DNA of 58,523 nt, taken from the NCBI GenBank assembly GCA_037134875.1, contig JBAXLH010000005.1, positions 1-58,523 on the forward strand. Reading direction: 5' to 3'. The position numbers and the translations under genes are program-made. Numbering within the stretch: the first letter of the stretch is position 1; the number at the start of each line of letters is the position of its first letter. Origin of the DNA: a bacterium. Its GTDB lineage: Bacteria > Patescibacteriota > Minisyncoccia > Phycocordibacterales > DATDWN01. The notes beneath the pieces were generated by a model, which made no database searches, was not told where the DNA came from, and was given only the letters and a program-made list of their open reading frames with translations. Below, piece after piece: positions 29,245-39,017 of the stretch.

Positions 29245-29856
29245 TTATCGACTGTAGAACTCGACAACAGCATTAAGGTCGAATAATGAGTCTGTCTGAA
29301 CGAATTGTGGCACACCAACGATTTCTGCCTCTTTCTTTGCTCCATCGAGCTTTATCCATGCTGGAATTGTTGCATTTGAAATTTTTTCATCGAGAGTTGC
29401 AAAGAGTGGTTTTGATTTTGATGCCTCTCGGATTGAGATCTTGTCTCCAATGTACATTTTCATTGAAGGAATATTAACTCGCTTGCCATTTACCATAATA
29501 TGACCATGTGAGACCATTTGTTTGCTTGCAAGTCGTGTTGAAGCAAAACCCATTCGGTATACAACATTGTCGAGTCGTGACTCGAGACCTTCGAAAATAA
29601 GCTGGACTTTGTTTGGATTTTTCTTTGAGAGAGCATCCTTTATATAGTTTGAAAATTGTCTTTCAGACAAACAATATACAAAACGAGCCTTTTGCTTTTC
29701 ATTCATTTGGAATGCAAATTCAGATTTTGGTTTTGAAAAACCTTTCTTTACTTTGCTCTTTCGCTCCATTCTAAAGGCATACTTTTTTGTTTGTGTCTTT
29801 TCAAACACTGGTGCCCCGAGTCGTCGCGCTATTTTGTATTTTGGTCCGATAATCAT
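29245..29856 (-). CDS. rpsD: 30S ribosomal protein S4
   Basis: LESRLDNVVYRMGFA and VSHGHIMVNG. Confidence 0.98.
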   Translation of the reverse strand: MIIGPKYKIARRLGAPVFEKTQTKKYAFRMERKSKVKKGFSKPKSEFAFQMNEKQKARFVYCLSERQFSNYIKDALSKKNPNKVQLIFEGLESRLDNVVYRMGFASTRLASKQMVSHGHIMVNGKRVNIPSMKMYIGDKISIREASKSKPLFATLDEKISNATIPAWIKLDGAKKEAEIVGVPQFVQTDSLFDLNAVVEFYSR

Positions 29857-29876
29857 ATATGTAAAAATTTATTAAA

Positions 29877-30308
29877 TTATACTCGTCGTGGTTTCTTTGG
29901 CTTTGGTCCGTTGTGTGGGACAGGTGTGACGTCTTTGATCGAAGTAAGATTTACACCTTTTGATACAAATCCTCTAATACTTGACTCACGACCAGAACCA
30001 ACACCTTTTACAATGACAGCAACCTCTTTCATTCCCATTGCGCCTGCCTTGCCACCAATAATTTCGCCCACCTTTGCAGCTGCAAATGGAGTTCCCTTCT
30101 TTGCACCCTTGAATCCGATTGATCCACTTGATGAAGATGCGAGTACATTGCCTTTGCTGTCTGTCAAAACAACCTTTGTGTTGTTGTATGTTGACTGAAC
30201 GTATAATCTACCTGTATCAACTTTCTTTTTTGACACAGTTGAAACCTGAGACGCTTTGGCCTCAGATTCGCTAGCTCCTTCTGTTTTTACAATTCGTTTC
30301 TTTCCCAT
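29877..30308 (-). CDS. rpsK: 30S ribosomal protein S11
   Basis: STYNNT, GFKGAKKGTPFAA and DVTPVPHNG. Confidence 0.98.
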   Translation of the reverse strand: MGKKRIVKTEGASESEAKASQVSTVSKKKVDTGRLYVQSTYNNTKVVLTDSKGNVLASSSSGSIGFKGAKKGTPFAAAKVGEIIGGKAGAMGMKEVAVIVKGVGSGRESSIRGFVSKGVNLTSIKDVTPVPHNGPKPKKPRRV

Positions 30309-30312
30309 AATA

Positions 30313-30693
30313 TTATTTCTTATCTGCTATTTTCTTGCCTGTTGACATTGTTTTTCTGACATTACCTCGGCGTGTTCGGGAATTTGTTTTTGTTCTTTGA
30401 CCTCGTGATGGAAGTCCGCGCTGATGTCGCATACCTCTGTATGTTTTTATATCCTTGAGCTGTTTGATATTTCCAGCAACTTCACGTTTCAAATCTCCTT
30501 CTATTTTGTAACTCTCGATAATTTTTCTAATTGTATTTTCCTGATCAATCGAAATATCTTTTGGTTTTGAACCATATGGAACGTTTGCTTTGTCTAAAAT
30601 AGTGTGTGCGAGTGGTCGGCCAATACCATACAAAACGGTAAGTCCGATTTCAATTCTTTTTTCCTCTGGTATTGTGATTCCTAGTATTCTCAT
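30313..30693 (-). CDS. rpsM: 30S ribosomal protein S13
   Basis: MRILG, YGIG and YRGMRHQRGLPSRGQRTKTN. Confidence 0.98.
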   Translation of the reverse strand: MRILGITIPEEKRIEIGLTVLYGIGRPLAHTILDKANVPYGSKPKDISIDQENTIRKIIESYKIEGDLKREVAGNIKQLKDIKTYRGMRHQRGLPSRGQRTKTNSRTRRGNVRKTMSTGKKIADKK

Positions 30694-30717
30694 TACTTTG
30701 TATAAATATATTAAAAA

Positions 30718-30834
30718 TTAACCCTGTCTCTGCTTGTGTCGAGCATTTGCTTTGCAGGTAACATAAACATAGCCCTTTCTTCGGACTACTTGACATTGTG
30801 AACAGATTTTTTTAACAGAAGATTTTACTTTCAT
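30718..30834 (-). CDS. rpmJ: 50S ribosomal protein L36 (not in the ORF track)
   Basis: Hand translation [38 protein letters not shown]; ATGA overlap with the infA stop. Confidence 0.96.
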   Translation of the reverse strand: MKVKSSVKKICSQCQVVRRKGYVYVTCKANARHKQRQG

Positions 30835-31052
30835 ACTCTCTTTACGATTCTGCCCTTACCGCCGTAAGGATCAATTTCGACAATAACCTTGTCGCCTACT
30901 AAAACTCTAATCCTGTGCAATCTCATTTTGCCAGAGAGAAATGTCAGAATCTCTTCTGCAGTGTCATCTCTTTTCACTTTAAAAAAAGTATTTGGCAAAG
31001 CCTCAATGACTACGCCAGATACACTCATATCCTTTTTATTTTGATCTTGCAT
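30831..31052 (-). CDS. infA: Translation initiation factor IF-1
   Basis: [20 protein letters not shown] and GDKVIVE. Confidence 0.97.
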   Translation of the reverse strand: MQDQNKKDMSVSGVVIEALPNTFFKVKRDDTAEEILTFLSGKMRLHRIRVLVGDKVIVEIDPYGGKGRIVKRV

Positions 31053-31146
31053 TACGATTTAATCAACGGGTTATATACTAGCAAAATATAGGCCACTTAG
31101 TCAACCCCCTCGCTCTAGATCGTGGCCTTTTTGCAAAGTACTTGTT

Positions 31147-32637
31147 TTATGGCTTTTCTAATGTGTTAATAAAAGTTACTTTTTTGGAATCCATTGGAAT
31201 AGTAGTATTCCAAAATGGTTTTGTTTCAATCCATGCCTCCTTTATGGACGGATATGTCGAAATAAGGCTCAAAGCCGTGCTTTTTTTGAGTCCAAACAAA
31301 TCTGCCTGTAGTTTATTTTCATCAAAAGTCCATACAAAATTAGCATTTCCTTTGAGATTAAAACTAAGAGAAACTGATGAACCGGGGTTAAACGTAGAAC
31401 CATCCGGTAATGAAAACTGGAAACTGTCGAGATTTGTGATTTTGACAGGATCGTTTGTGGCATCAGGTAACACTTTATTTATGATGCTTCTCGAAAGAGA
31501 ACCCTTGTCAAAAATAATCGCTGTCGCTGTTCCCTTCTTTTGAACAATCGCATCATTTGTACTACTAGCTTCTGCGCCAACCTCTGCAGGAATAAAGCTG
31601 TATGAAATACTTTCCTTGTATAAGATAAAATCTGCGGGAATTTGAGACAAGATTTCGTTTGAAAGCGAAGTTCTGAGCTTGACCTCCAAATCCGTGTCAG
31701 CTTGACTGAGTGCGTCCTGAGAAACTGTTTTTTGCATACCCACAAAACCTCCTGACATTTCCGTTTTTGACCGTGCATAGACTTGAGTAAACTTTGCTGT
31801 GCCTTTGAAACCTGGAATGGTAAAATCTTTCATTCCTATGTTGTATGTGTCACCCGCCTCTTTGGCGACAACCACCACTTCCACACTACCAGCCACGCTT
31901 TTGCCTGATTTCATTTGACTACCCGGAACAGTAACAGCACTTGCGGAGAGAAATATCAGACCTTCTGGTGTTTGAAATCGAGTGTTTGCAACGAGTTTTT
32001 GAGCAGTAGTGTTTGTGTTATAGACAATTATTTTTCCCTGAGCCTTTTTTGAAACTTTTTGTTGTCCTGTTGCACTTACGTCTTCATTGACATCTTTTGA
32101 AACCGTCACAATCTGATATGACAAGCTGTTCCCTGCGCTATCTTTGTTGGCTATGAAAGTCTCATCAAACGGAACATCTTTTGATTGTGGAGTCACACGA
32201 ATTGTTGCACTTTTGAAAAATGCTGAAATTCCAAATGCAATAGCCAAAAGCAAAACACCTGTAGAAAAATATAAAATCTTTTTTGATGGTCGTTTTGGCT
32301 CGTCGTACTCATATTTGTACGTGAGGTGTTCTGGAATATCTGGCTTTTCTGACATATCAATCTCTGGTTTTTTTTCAACAACACGAGGAGTAATATCAAA
32401 AACAGGAGCACTTGTTTTTTTAGGAGCAATCTGTACATCAGGAGTTATTTTTTCTTGTTTTGTGATTTTTGGTTTTTCTACTGGAGGAACAATATCTCTT
32501 GGAGTCTTTCGCACATCAGCACTACCAAATCTACTTGTTCGAGCCGGAACATCGATATTGCGAATAGATCGTTTTCCTGGAACGATATCTTGCACTATTT
32601 TTTTATTTGTATTGGTGGAGTTTTTCATTGTATACAT
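31147..32637 (-). CDS. Single-pass membrane protein with a baseplate J-like extracytoplasmic domain
   Basis: Disordered N-terminus, one TM helix, then AQGKIIVYN...TRFQTPEGLIF...VVAKEAGDTYNIG, a pattern recognised as the CPR baseplate-J-like family. Confidence 0.6.
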   Translation of the reverse strand: MYTMKNSTNTNKKIVQDIVPGKRSIRNIDVPARTSRFGSADVRKTPRDIVPPVEKPKITKQEKITPDVQIAPKKTSAPVFDITPRVVEKKPEIDMSEKPDIPEHLTYKYEYDEPKRPSKKILYFSTGVLLLAIAFGISAFFKSATIRVTPQSKDVPFDETFIANKDSAGNSLSYQIVTVSKDVNEDVSATGQQKVSKKAQGKIIVYNTNTTAQKLVANTRFQTPEGLIFLSASAVTVPGSQMKSGKSVAGSVEVVVVAKEAGDTYNIGMKDFTIPGFKGTAKFTQVYARSKTEMSGGFVGMQKTVSQDALSQADTDLEVKLRTSLSNEILSQIPADFILYKESISYSFIPAEVGAEASSTNDAIVQKKGTATAIIFDKGSLSRSIINKVLPDATNDPVKITNLDSFQFSLPDGSTFNPGSSVSLSFNLKGNANFVWTFDENKLQADLFGLKKSTALSLISTYPSIKEAWIETKPFWNTTIPMDSKKVTFINTLEKP

Positions 32638-32696
32638 TCTGTATATTCATTTTATATGAGTTCTCGCGCTTTGCAAACAAAAAAGTGTTGAAAACC

Positions 32697-33902
32697 CTAC
32701 TTATTTAGAAACTTGCTGAAAAATAATGCGAGTATATCAATAAACTCATCTTGTGGTGCAAGAGGATTTTTTTCTGTAACATGAGTCATAAGCTCACTAT
32801 TCATATGAACAACCTGAATATTTTTTCTAAACAAAGATGTTCGATCACTTTTTGGAAGTTTGAGACTATCTATGAAAAATTTTGATACATCTGTGTCCAC
32901 GGTCAAATACACGTTTGGCGGCAAAATCATCTGCGGAGAAAGAGTTGCGAGTGTGTCTTCTATATATATTGCCCATTCAGTTTCTATATTTGCCAGAACT
33001 TCTTCGATAGATTTTGAAACTGGCTCATCAGCTTCTCCAGAATTAAACATATGGAGCATCGACTCGGCGATTTGTGGTGAACAATCAAATTTTTTGGTTA
33101 TTTGTCGGATGATAAAATTCCTTCCCAGAGGAAATGACATTGTTTTCTTGAGTGTTCCATCAGAAATAAGTGTAATGTCTGTTGTCTCTCCGGCAACATC
33201 CATAATAAGAAAATTATCCTCGTAGTGAAATATGTCTTTGATTACCAAAAATGATACAAGAGGAAAGGCGTGAATACTAATCTTTTCTTCATCTGTATTT
33301 GTATATCGATGCACAGTTGAAATGATTTTATTCAAAGTAATTTCCGGTATTGCAGAGAGACAGAGAAATGCATCGAATGCTTTTGTTTTTTTGCCAATAT
33401 TTATTCGCAGAGTATATCCGTTGAGTTTGCAATGGACTATATTTTTATCGACAATAACATATTTTTCATTTAACCCATTCTTCTTGCTTTGTTCTAATAA
33501 TTCTTTTTTGAACATCATTTCCTCTTTTGTAAGCACATCATCTACAAAAGATTGAGTGATAATAAATGTTTTGTCCTGTTCCAAGTGAATATCCTTTGAC
33601 TGCAAAATAAACCACGGTGAAGAAAAAGATATGAGAATACCATTGAATGTTTTTTTGAGATGATCGGCTTTGAAATTGTATTTCATCAAGTCTTTCAAAG
33701 ACTCGTCCAATGTTTTTAGCATTTCCTCTACGATGCGATTTTCGAAACTTTCACCTGATATAGAAAATGATTTCCGAACGCTGTGCAAGACGACTGGCTT
33801 TGAATTTTCTTTACACAAGACAAGTGCACTTCCAATACTGCCGTTTCCAATATCGATTAAGAGAGACGCTTCATCTTTTTTTTCAAACAGAGAGAAAGAC
33901 AT
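32697..33902 (-). CDS. FtsA/PilM-like actin-fold protein
   Basis: LIDIGNGS phosphate-1 motif, IMDVAGETT phosphate-2 motif, and FPLGRNFI. Confidence 0.7.
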   Translation of the reverse strand: MSFSLFEKKDEASLLIDIGNGSIGSALVLCKENSKPVVLHSVRKSFSISGESFENRIVEEMLKTLDESLKDLMKYNFKADHLKKTFNGILISFSSPWFILQSKDIHLEQDKTFIITQSFVDDVLTKEEMMFKKELLEQSKKNGLNEKYVIVDKNIVHCKLNGYTLRINIGKKTKAFDAFLCLSAIPEITLNKIISTVHRYTNTDEEKISIHAFPLVSFLVIKDIFHYEDNFLIMDVAGETTDITLISDGTLKKTMSFPLGRNFIIRQITKKFDCSPQIAESMLHMFNSGEADEPVSKSIEEVLANIETEWAIYIEDTLATLSPQMILPPNVYLTVDTDVSKFFIDSLKLPKSDRTSLFRKNIQVVHMNSELMTHVTEKNPLAPQDEFIDILALFFSKFLNK

Positions 33903-33967
33903 ACATACATTTTATCACAAAAAAGAAAATAAAAACCACCGGCAAACTTCTGCCAATGGCAATATTT

Positions 33968-35839
33968 TTACTCCAAAATAGCTTTTATGCGTCTCACTCC
34001 TACAGACACCGCTTCTTCTTTGAGAATTTTGAAAACCCCAAGTTCGCCAGTATGCGACATATGAGGTCCGCCACAGAATTCTTTTGACCACGCTGTTTCG
34101 AGAGAGTCGCCGACAAAATACACACTGACCTCATCACCATACTTGTCACCAAACGCATGCATTGCGCCAGTTTTTTCTGCCTCCTCTTTTTTCATAATTA
34201 TTTTTTGCACAGGAAGATTTGCCTGAATTTTTTCATTTACAATATTCTCAACTTTTTTCTTTTCTTCATCTGTCATTTTTGCACCGTGAGTAAAGTCAAA
34301 ACGAAGTCGCTCGGGAGTAATGTTGCTTCCCTTTTGAATCACATTCTCTCCTAGGACTTCCTGCAGTGCCTTGTGGAGCAAATGTGTTGCGGTATGATAT
34401 TTTGTTTCCATTTCGCCTGTACTAGCGAGACCTCCTTTGAATTTTTGCTCACTCCCAGAGCGAGAAAGTTTTTGGTGTTCTTCTAGATCAGCACGGAATT
34501 TATTCTCATCAACTACAATCCCTTTCTCTTTTGCTAATTCTTGCGTAAGTTCAAATGGAAAACCATACGTAGTAAAGAGAATGAATGGATCCACTCCTTT
34601 TTCAAATTGTTTCAAACCATCTTTGAGTGTCTTCCTAAACTTCTCTTCCTCTTTTTCTATTTCCTGTATTATTGTCTCTTTTTTTGAATATGTTTCCGGA
34701 TATGTATCTTTGTAATATTCCAACATCGGCGAAACTAGCACGGAAATCCCTGTTTCTGTTATTCCGAGCTTGTCCCAATATCTCACTGCGCGTCGTAAAA
34801 GCCTTCTTACAAAATATCCTTGGTCTGTGTTTGATGGAACGATTCCGTCACCAATAAGAAAAACTGATGCTCGAATATGATCTGCAACTACTCTGTATGA
34901 AGCTGTAACACTTTCATCTAAATACGCTGTGCCAGAAAGTTTTTCAATTTGTTTTATGAGATGTGAAAAAATATCAATGTTGAAAATATCATTTGTGTTT
35001 TGCACAGCCATTGCGAGTCGTTCAAGTCCTCCACCAAAATCAACATTACTCTGTGGAAGTTTTGAAAATGTGCCATCTGAATTTTTCTTGTATTCCATAA
35101 AAACATTATTTCCAATTTCTAGAAATCTCCCACAATCACAATTTGGGTGACACTCTTTTCCAAACTTTGGATCGTGTGGTGTGCCAAAATCATAAAACAT
35201 TTCAGAATCCGGTCCGCCAGGCTCGCCAGCAGGCATATGTTCTGGTACTCCAGCACGACTCCACCAATTTTTCTTGGCATTATAATAGAAAATCCGACCA
35301 CCCTGCATACCGACATTGTAACCATTTTCTTCACTACCGATCTCTACATCTTTTACGATAATCCCCTTTTCGGCAAAAAGTTGTTTCCAGAGTTCAACGG
35401 ATTCGGTGTCCTTTGGAATATTATTTTTTTCATCACCAATAAAAACACTGACATACAGTTTGTTTGGATCAATACCAATTTCATTTACCAAAAAATCAAA
35501 CATCCATGGTATCTGCTCTTTTTTGAAATAATCTCCGAGTGACCAATTTCCAAGCATTTCAAAAAATGTCGTGTGACGGTTATCGCCAACTTCCTCAATA
35601 TCTACTGCACGAAAAGATTTTTGTGAGTCAGCTATTCGTCTGCCGAGTGGATGTGTCTCGCCGAGGAGATATGGCACCATTGGTTGCATACCCGAGCCAG
35701 TAAAAAGGGTCGTCGGATCATTTTCCGGCACAAGAGAAGCCGAAGGAACAATAGCATGTCCTTTTTCCTTGAAAAATTCAAGATATTTTTGCCTAATTTG
35801 GTCTGCGGTTATCATTGTCATATAATTGCATAAAACCAA
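33968..35839 (-). CDS. alaS: Alanine--tRNA ligase, short form (start may be 35815-35821)
   Basis: FTGSGMQP, RHTTFFEMLGN, DFGGGLER, HTATH and EFCGGPH; ends directly after the editing domain. Confidence 0.96.
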   Translation of the reverse strand: MVLCNYMTMITADQIRQKYLEFFKEKGHAIVPSASLVPENDPTTLFTGSGMQPMVPYLLGETHPLGRRIADSQKSFRAVDIEEVGDNRHTTFFEMLGNWSLGDYFKKEQIPWMFDFLVNEIGIDPNKLYVSVFIGDEKNNIPKDTESVELWKQLFAEKGIIVKDVEIGSEENGYNVGMQGGRIFYYNAKKNWWSRAGVPEHMPAGEPGGPDSEMFYDFGTPHDPKFGKECHPNCDCGRFLEIGNNVFMEYKKNSDGTFSKLPQSNVDFGGGLERLAMAVQNTNDIFNIDIFSHLIKQIEKLSGTAYLDESVTASYRVVADHIRASVFLIGDGIVPSNTDQGYFVRRLLRRAVRYWDKLGITETGISVLVSPMLEYYKDTYPETYSKKETIIQEIEKEEEKFRKTLKDGLKQFEKGVDPFILFTTYGFPFELTQELAKEKGIVVDENKFRADLEEHQKLSRSGSEQKFKGGLASTGEMETKYHTATHLLHKALQEVLGENVIQKGSNITPERLRFDFTHGAKMTDEEKKKVENIVNEKIQANLPVQKIIMKKEEAEKTGAMHAFGDKYGDEVSVYFVGDSLETAWSKEFCGGPHMSHTGELGVFKILKEEAVSVGVRRIKAILE

Positions 35840-35856
35840 ACAAAATTAAAGAGTGA

Positions 35857-36279
35857 TTATTTCCAGATAGTCAAAAATGCACCTACCGCAATGAGTAGGA
35901 CCCCAGCGATTTTGTATATAGTAAATCCTTCTCCCAAAAATAATCCAGCAAGAATTGCCACAAAAACAATGCTGAGACGATCAATAGCAGAGACCACTGT
36001 TGCACTGCCGTATTTGAGAGCAAAAAAATAACAGAGCCACGACAGGGCACCTGCAATACCAGAGAGTGCCACAAAAATCCATTCTCGAGAACCAAATGTT
36101 GAGATGGAAACACCATTAAATTTTTTGAGAGAAACCGAAACAAGAAACAGAAAAACCGCCATAATAATAGCTCGAATTGTCGTAGCAAATGTTGAATCAA
36201 TATTTTTGAGTCCAATTTTTCCAAGTACAGCGACGAGTGATGCAAAGAAAGCCGAACCTAATGCGTATAGTATCCACAT
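35857..36279 (-). CDS. EamA/DMT family small transporter
   Basis: SAFFASLVAVLGKIGL, SWLCYFFAL and LFLGE; about five TM helices. Confidence 0.85.
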   Translation of the reverse strand: MWILYALGSAFFASLVAVLGKIGLKNIDSTFATTIRAIIMAVFLFLVSVSLKKFNGVSISTFGSREWIFVALSGIAGALSWLCYFFALKYGSATVVSAIDRLSIVFVAILAGLFLGEGFTIYKIAGVLLIAVGAFLTIWK

Positions 36280-36283
36280 AAAA

Positions 36284-36895
36284 TTATGTTATATATTTTT
36301 TTAATATTTGAAAATCTTTTAATAATGTTGCTTTGTTAGAACCATTATACAGTGCAACTGCCGGATGGTAGAGGGGTACAATTGTAACCTCTCCATAACT
36401 TGTCTGTGTTTTAAATTCTCCTCCATGCATTTTACTGATTGATCCGAGGACATCCCACAAATCGAATTTGTTGAAAATATAATCCATAGAAAATCGTCCA
36501 AGGGTTGCAATGACTTTTGGCTCTATAATATCAATCTGTCTATCCAAAAATGGTGCATACAATTTTATTTCTTCGGGGGAAGGATCACGATTGTCTTGTG
36601 GACGATCTTTGACTATGTTTGTAATGTACACATCTGTACGCTCGAGACCGATTGACCGTATCATCTCGTCCAAAAGTTTTCCCGACCTACCACAAAAAGG
36701 TCGTGCTTGCTCGGCCTCATTTTTTCCCGGAGCTTCGCCGATAAACATAATATGCGCACTATGACTCCCCTCACCTACCACAGGAAAATATTTGTTTGCT
36801 GTACGATATTCATACAAAGGCGACTCTGTAAAATGCAAAAGTTCATCACGAATCTCTTTCATCTTTTCAAATCGTTCTGCCTTTGTGAGTGACAT
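36284..36895 (-). CDS. udg: Uracil-DNA glycosylase family 4, lacking Fe-S cysteines
   Basis: FIGEAPG, TNIVKDRP and LYHPA motifs. Confidence 0.9.
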   Translation of the reverse strand: MSLTKAERFEKMKEIRDELLHFTESPLYEYRTANKYFPVVGEGSHSAHIMFIGEAPGKNEAEQARPFCGRSGKLLDEMIRSIGLERTDVYITNIVKDRPQDNRDPSPEEIKLYAPFLDRQIDIIEPKVIATLGRFSMDYIFNKFDLWDVLGSISKMHGGEFKTQTSYGEVTIVPLYHPAVALYNGSNKATLLKDFQILKKYIT

Positions 36896-36897
36896 AG

Positions 36898-37347
36898 TTA
36901 TGATCTGTTAATATAAAATTTTCCTTGAAGATAATTTTCTATAACTTCAAAACTTGGAAAATATCTTGGAGATGGCAGATTATCCAAATCAAACCATTCC
37001 CATTGTATAATCTCGTCAGGTTCAGTCACTTTTGCTTCTCCTTTCCATTCTGTAGCAACAAGACCCACAGTCATAAAATGTGCATGTTCATTTTTGCAAT
37101 TATGTACCGATATTACTTTTGGATTTTTTATAGTTATACTCGTTTCTTCTTTGACTTCTCTTATAGCACCCTCTTCAAATGACTCACCCCACTCAAGTTT
37201 TCCTCCAGGCAAACACCACTCCCCACTACTACGAAATGCAGAATCAGCTTTATCTGGATCAGGATGTCTCATTCCCATGAGAATTTTTCCATTATTTTCA
37301 AGTATAACCCCAAATCCTGCCCCTACTTTTTTCTTTTCAGTATTCAT
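36898..37347 (-). CDS. Nudix hydrolase (NUDT15/MutT-like)
   Basis: GGKLEWGESFEEGAIREVKEETSI and EPDEIIQWEWF. Confidence 0.9.
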   Translation of the reverse strand: MNTEKKKVGAGFGVILENNGKILMGMRHPDPDKADSAFRSSGEWCLPGGKLEWGESFEEGAIREVKEETSITIKNPKVISVHNCKNEHAHFMTVGLVATEWKGEAKVTEPDEIIQWEWFDLDNLPSPRYFPSFEVIENYLQGKFYINRS

Positions 37348-37384
37348 AAATAAAATTTATTTTATTAATTTTAAATTGCTATTT

Positions 37385-37822
37385 TCATATATTTCCATCA
37401 ATAAAATTAATGTTGTTTATAAAAGCCGGGATCAATTCTTGGTGTCCTACAAATATATTTTCTGGCAAATTGTTCATATCAAACCATTTCCATTCTGCAA
37501 ATTTATCTGGCTCCGTCACAGTGGGAACACCGTGCCATTTTTTCGCGATAAAATCTATGTGTACATAATGAACATCATCCCTTGGATCATTTACCATATG
37601 TAGATATTCAAATTTTTCTCCAACAATACCTGTCTCTTCCTCCAGTTCGCGTTTGGCACAACCTTCGAGTTTCTCTCCCCATTCAAAATGACCTCCGGGC
37701 AAACACCATGTTCCATATCCTGTTTTTCCAATTCTTTTACCCATAAGCAGTTCTCCTTTTTCATTAAACACAAAAACATTTACACCGATTTTTGGATATT
37801 TTTTATTTAATGTTTCAGTCAT
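37385..37822 (-). CDS. Nudix hydrolase (NUDT15/MutT-like), tandem paralog
   Basis: GGHFEWGEKLEGCAKRELEEETGI and EPDKFAEWKWF. Confidence 0.9.
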   Translation of the reverse strand: MTETLNKKYPKIGVNVFVFNEKGELLMGKRIGKTGYGTWCLPGGHFEWGEKLEGCAKRELEEETGIVGEKFEYLHMVNDPRDDVHYVHIDFIAKKWHGVPTVTEPDKFAEWKWFDMNNLPENIFVGHQELIPAFINNINFIDGNI

Positions 37823-37826
37823 ATAT

Positions 37827-38375
37827 TTATATTATTTTACTAAATTTATTCAAATCTTCCCTTGCTTCTTCATTTGACGTTGGCCTGTGAGCGGCATTTC
37901 TAAAATATTTTAATCCTTGTTCTAATTCCTCTGGAACAAGATCACCATAAATATACCGGATTGTCTCAGGATCACACAGAGCTGGATTTGTTTTAAGTCC
38001 AACTGTATCCAATAATTTCCTTACGACATTATCTCCTTTTACAATAATTATTTCGGATTCACCACTCAAAAAATGTCTGATATGTGCATCTTCTAATGGT
38101 TTGGGCAATGCATCTTTTCCATACATTTCATGTACGACAAAATTTTCTCCGAGCTGTTTGGGAGTTCTCTGTACAATATAGAGACCAGAACTTTCAAGCC
38201 TTCTCACAATATCATCTCTGTGTAAAAAAGCGTCTGGTTTGATAACACAGATTGCAATCGTGTCATCCAGTGTAGGAGAAATCTCTATTGAATTTCCAAT
38301 TGTCTCAATGGCAGTTTCTATATCTCCTGTCGGTCTTTCATTTTTCTCCTTATGTAGCTGTTCTATTTTTTCCAT
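37827..38375 (-). CDS. ndk: Nucleoside-diphosphate kinase-like protein
   Basis: IKPDA, TIRYIYG and RNAAH (catalytic His position; canonical form NxxHxSD). Confidence 0.75.
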   Translation of the reverse strand: MEKIEQLHKEKNERPTGDIETAIETIGNSIEISPTLDDTIAICVIKPDAFLHRDDIVRRLESSGLYIVQRTPKQLGENFVVHEMYGKDALPKPLEDAHIRHFLSGESEIIIVKGDNVVRKLLDTVGLKTNPALCDPETIRYIYGDLVPEELEQGLKYFRNAAHRPTSNEEAREDLNKFSKII

Positions 38376-38380
38376 AGTAA

Positions 38381-39007
38381 TTATTTTTTATTTCTATTGA
38401 CCCACCATGGACTATTTTTGTCGGCAAACCACCAGTCGTTTGAGTCTGTATCCATTATCGCGGACGCAATCGCCTGTGCTGGTTCTGTCTTGAGTCTCTT
38501 TATTGCCGGCTTTATCCATTCCAGAGCGCGTGTGTTACCAGTATCAACCTCTTCTTTGAGAGCCAAAATCCACTCGAGATTGTCGGCATCTTTTGCAAGT
38601 ATTGATTCTTTTGATTGTCTTTCCTCATATTCACTCAATGTATCAAACATATCTTTTCCGAATGGAACTGAGTCTGTGATATCCTTCACAGCACTGTCCT
38701 CCATTCGTGTTACATATTTCTGATGCACATAATTCAAATCAGAAATTCTTGTCTCCGAAATGTCGTGGAGCATACACATTTTGAGTACCTTCAAAACATC
38801 CACCGTTCCATCCAAAAGAGCAAGTGCGTATCCGATAAATGTTGCTCGATTTAAATGTTCAGCAACAGATTGATCTCCGGTACCCAGAAAATTAAATCCA
38901 CTACGTGGTGTTTTTGCCAAAATACCTACTTCAAAAAGAAAGTTCGCTGTCTGTTTGTATCTGATTTCCATTTTTTTCTTGTCACCAGTTGTTTTTGTTT
39001 TTTTCAT
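38381..39007 (-). CDS. HD-domain phosphohydrolase (YfbR-like)
   Basis: SVAEH, LHDISE, SD and DADNLE. Confidence 0.85.
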   Translation of the reverse strand: MKKTKTTGDKKKMEIRYKQTANFLFEVGILAKTPRSGFNFLGTGDQSVAEHLNRATFIGYALALLDGTVDVLKVLKMCMLHDISETRISDLNYVHQKYVTRMEDSAVKDITDSVPFGKDMFDTLSEYEERQSKESILAKDADNLEWILALKEEVDTGNTRALEWIKPAIKRLKTEPAQAIASAIMDTDSNDWWFADKNSPWWVNRNKK

Positions 39008-39017
39008 ATTGTTTAAA

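Noticed and set aside
31147-32637. Prophage or contractile injection system suggested by the baseplate-J-like domain
   Set aside because: No other tail, sheath, capsid or integrase genes; the protein is membrane-anchored among housekeeping genes.
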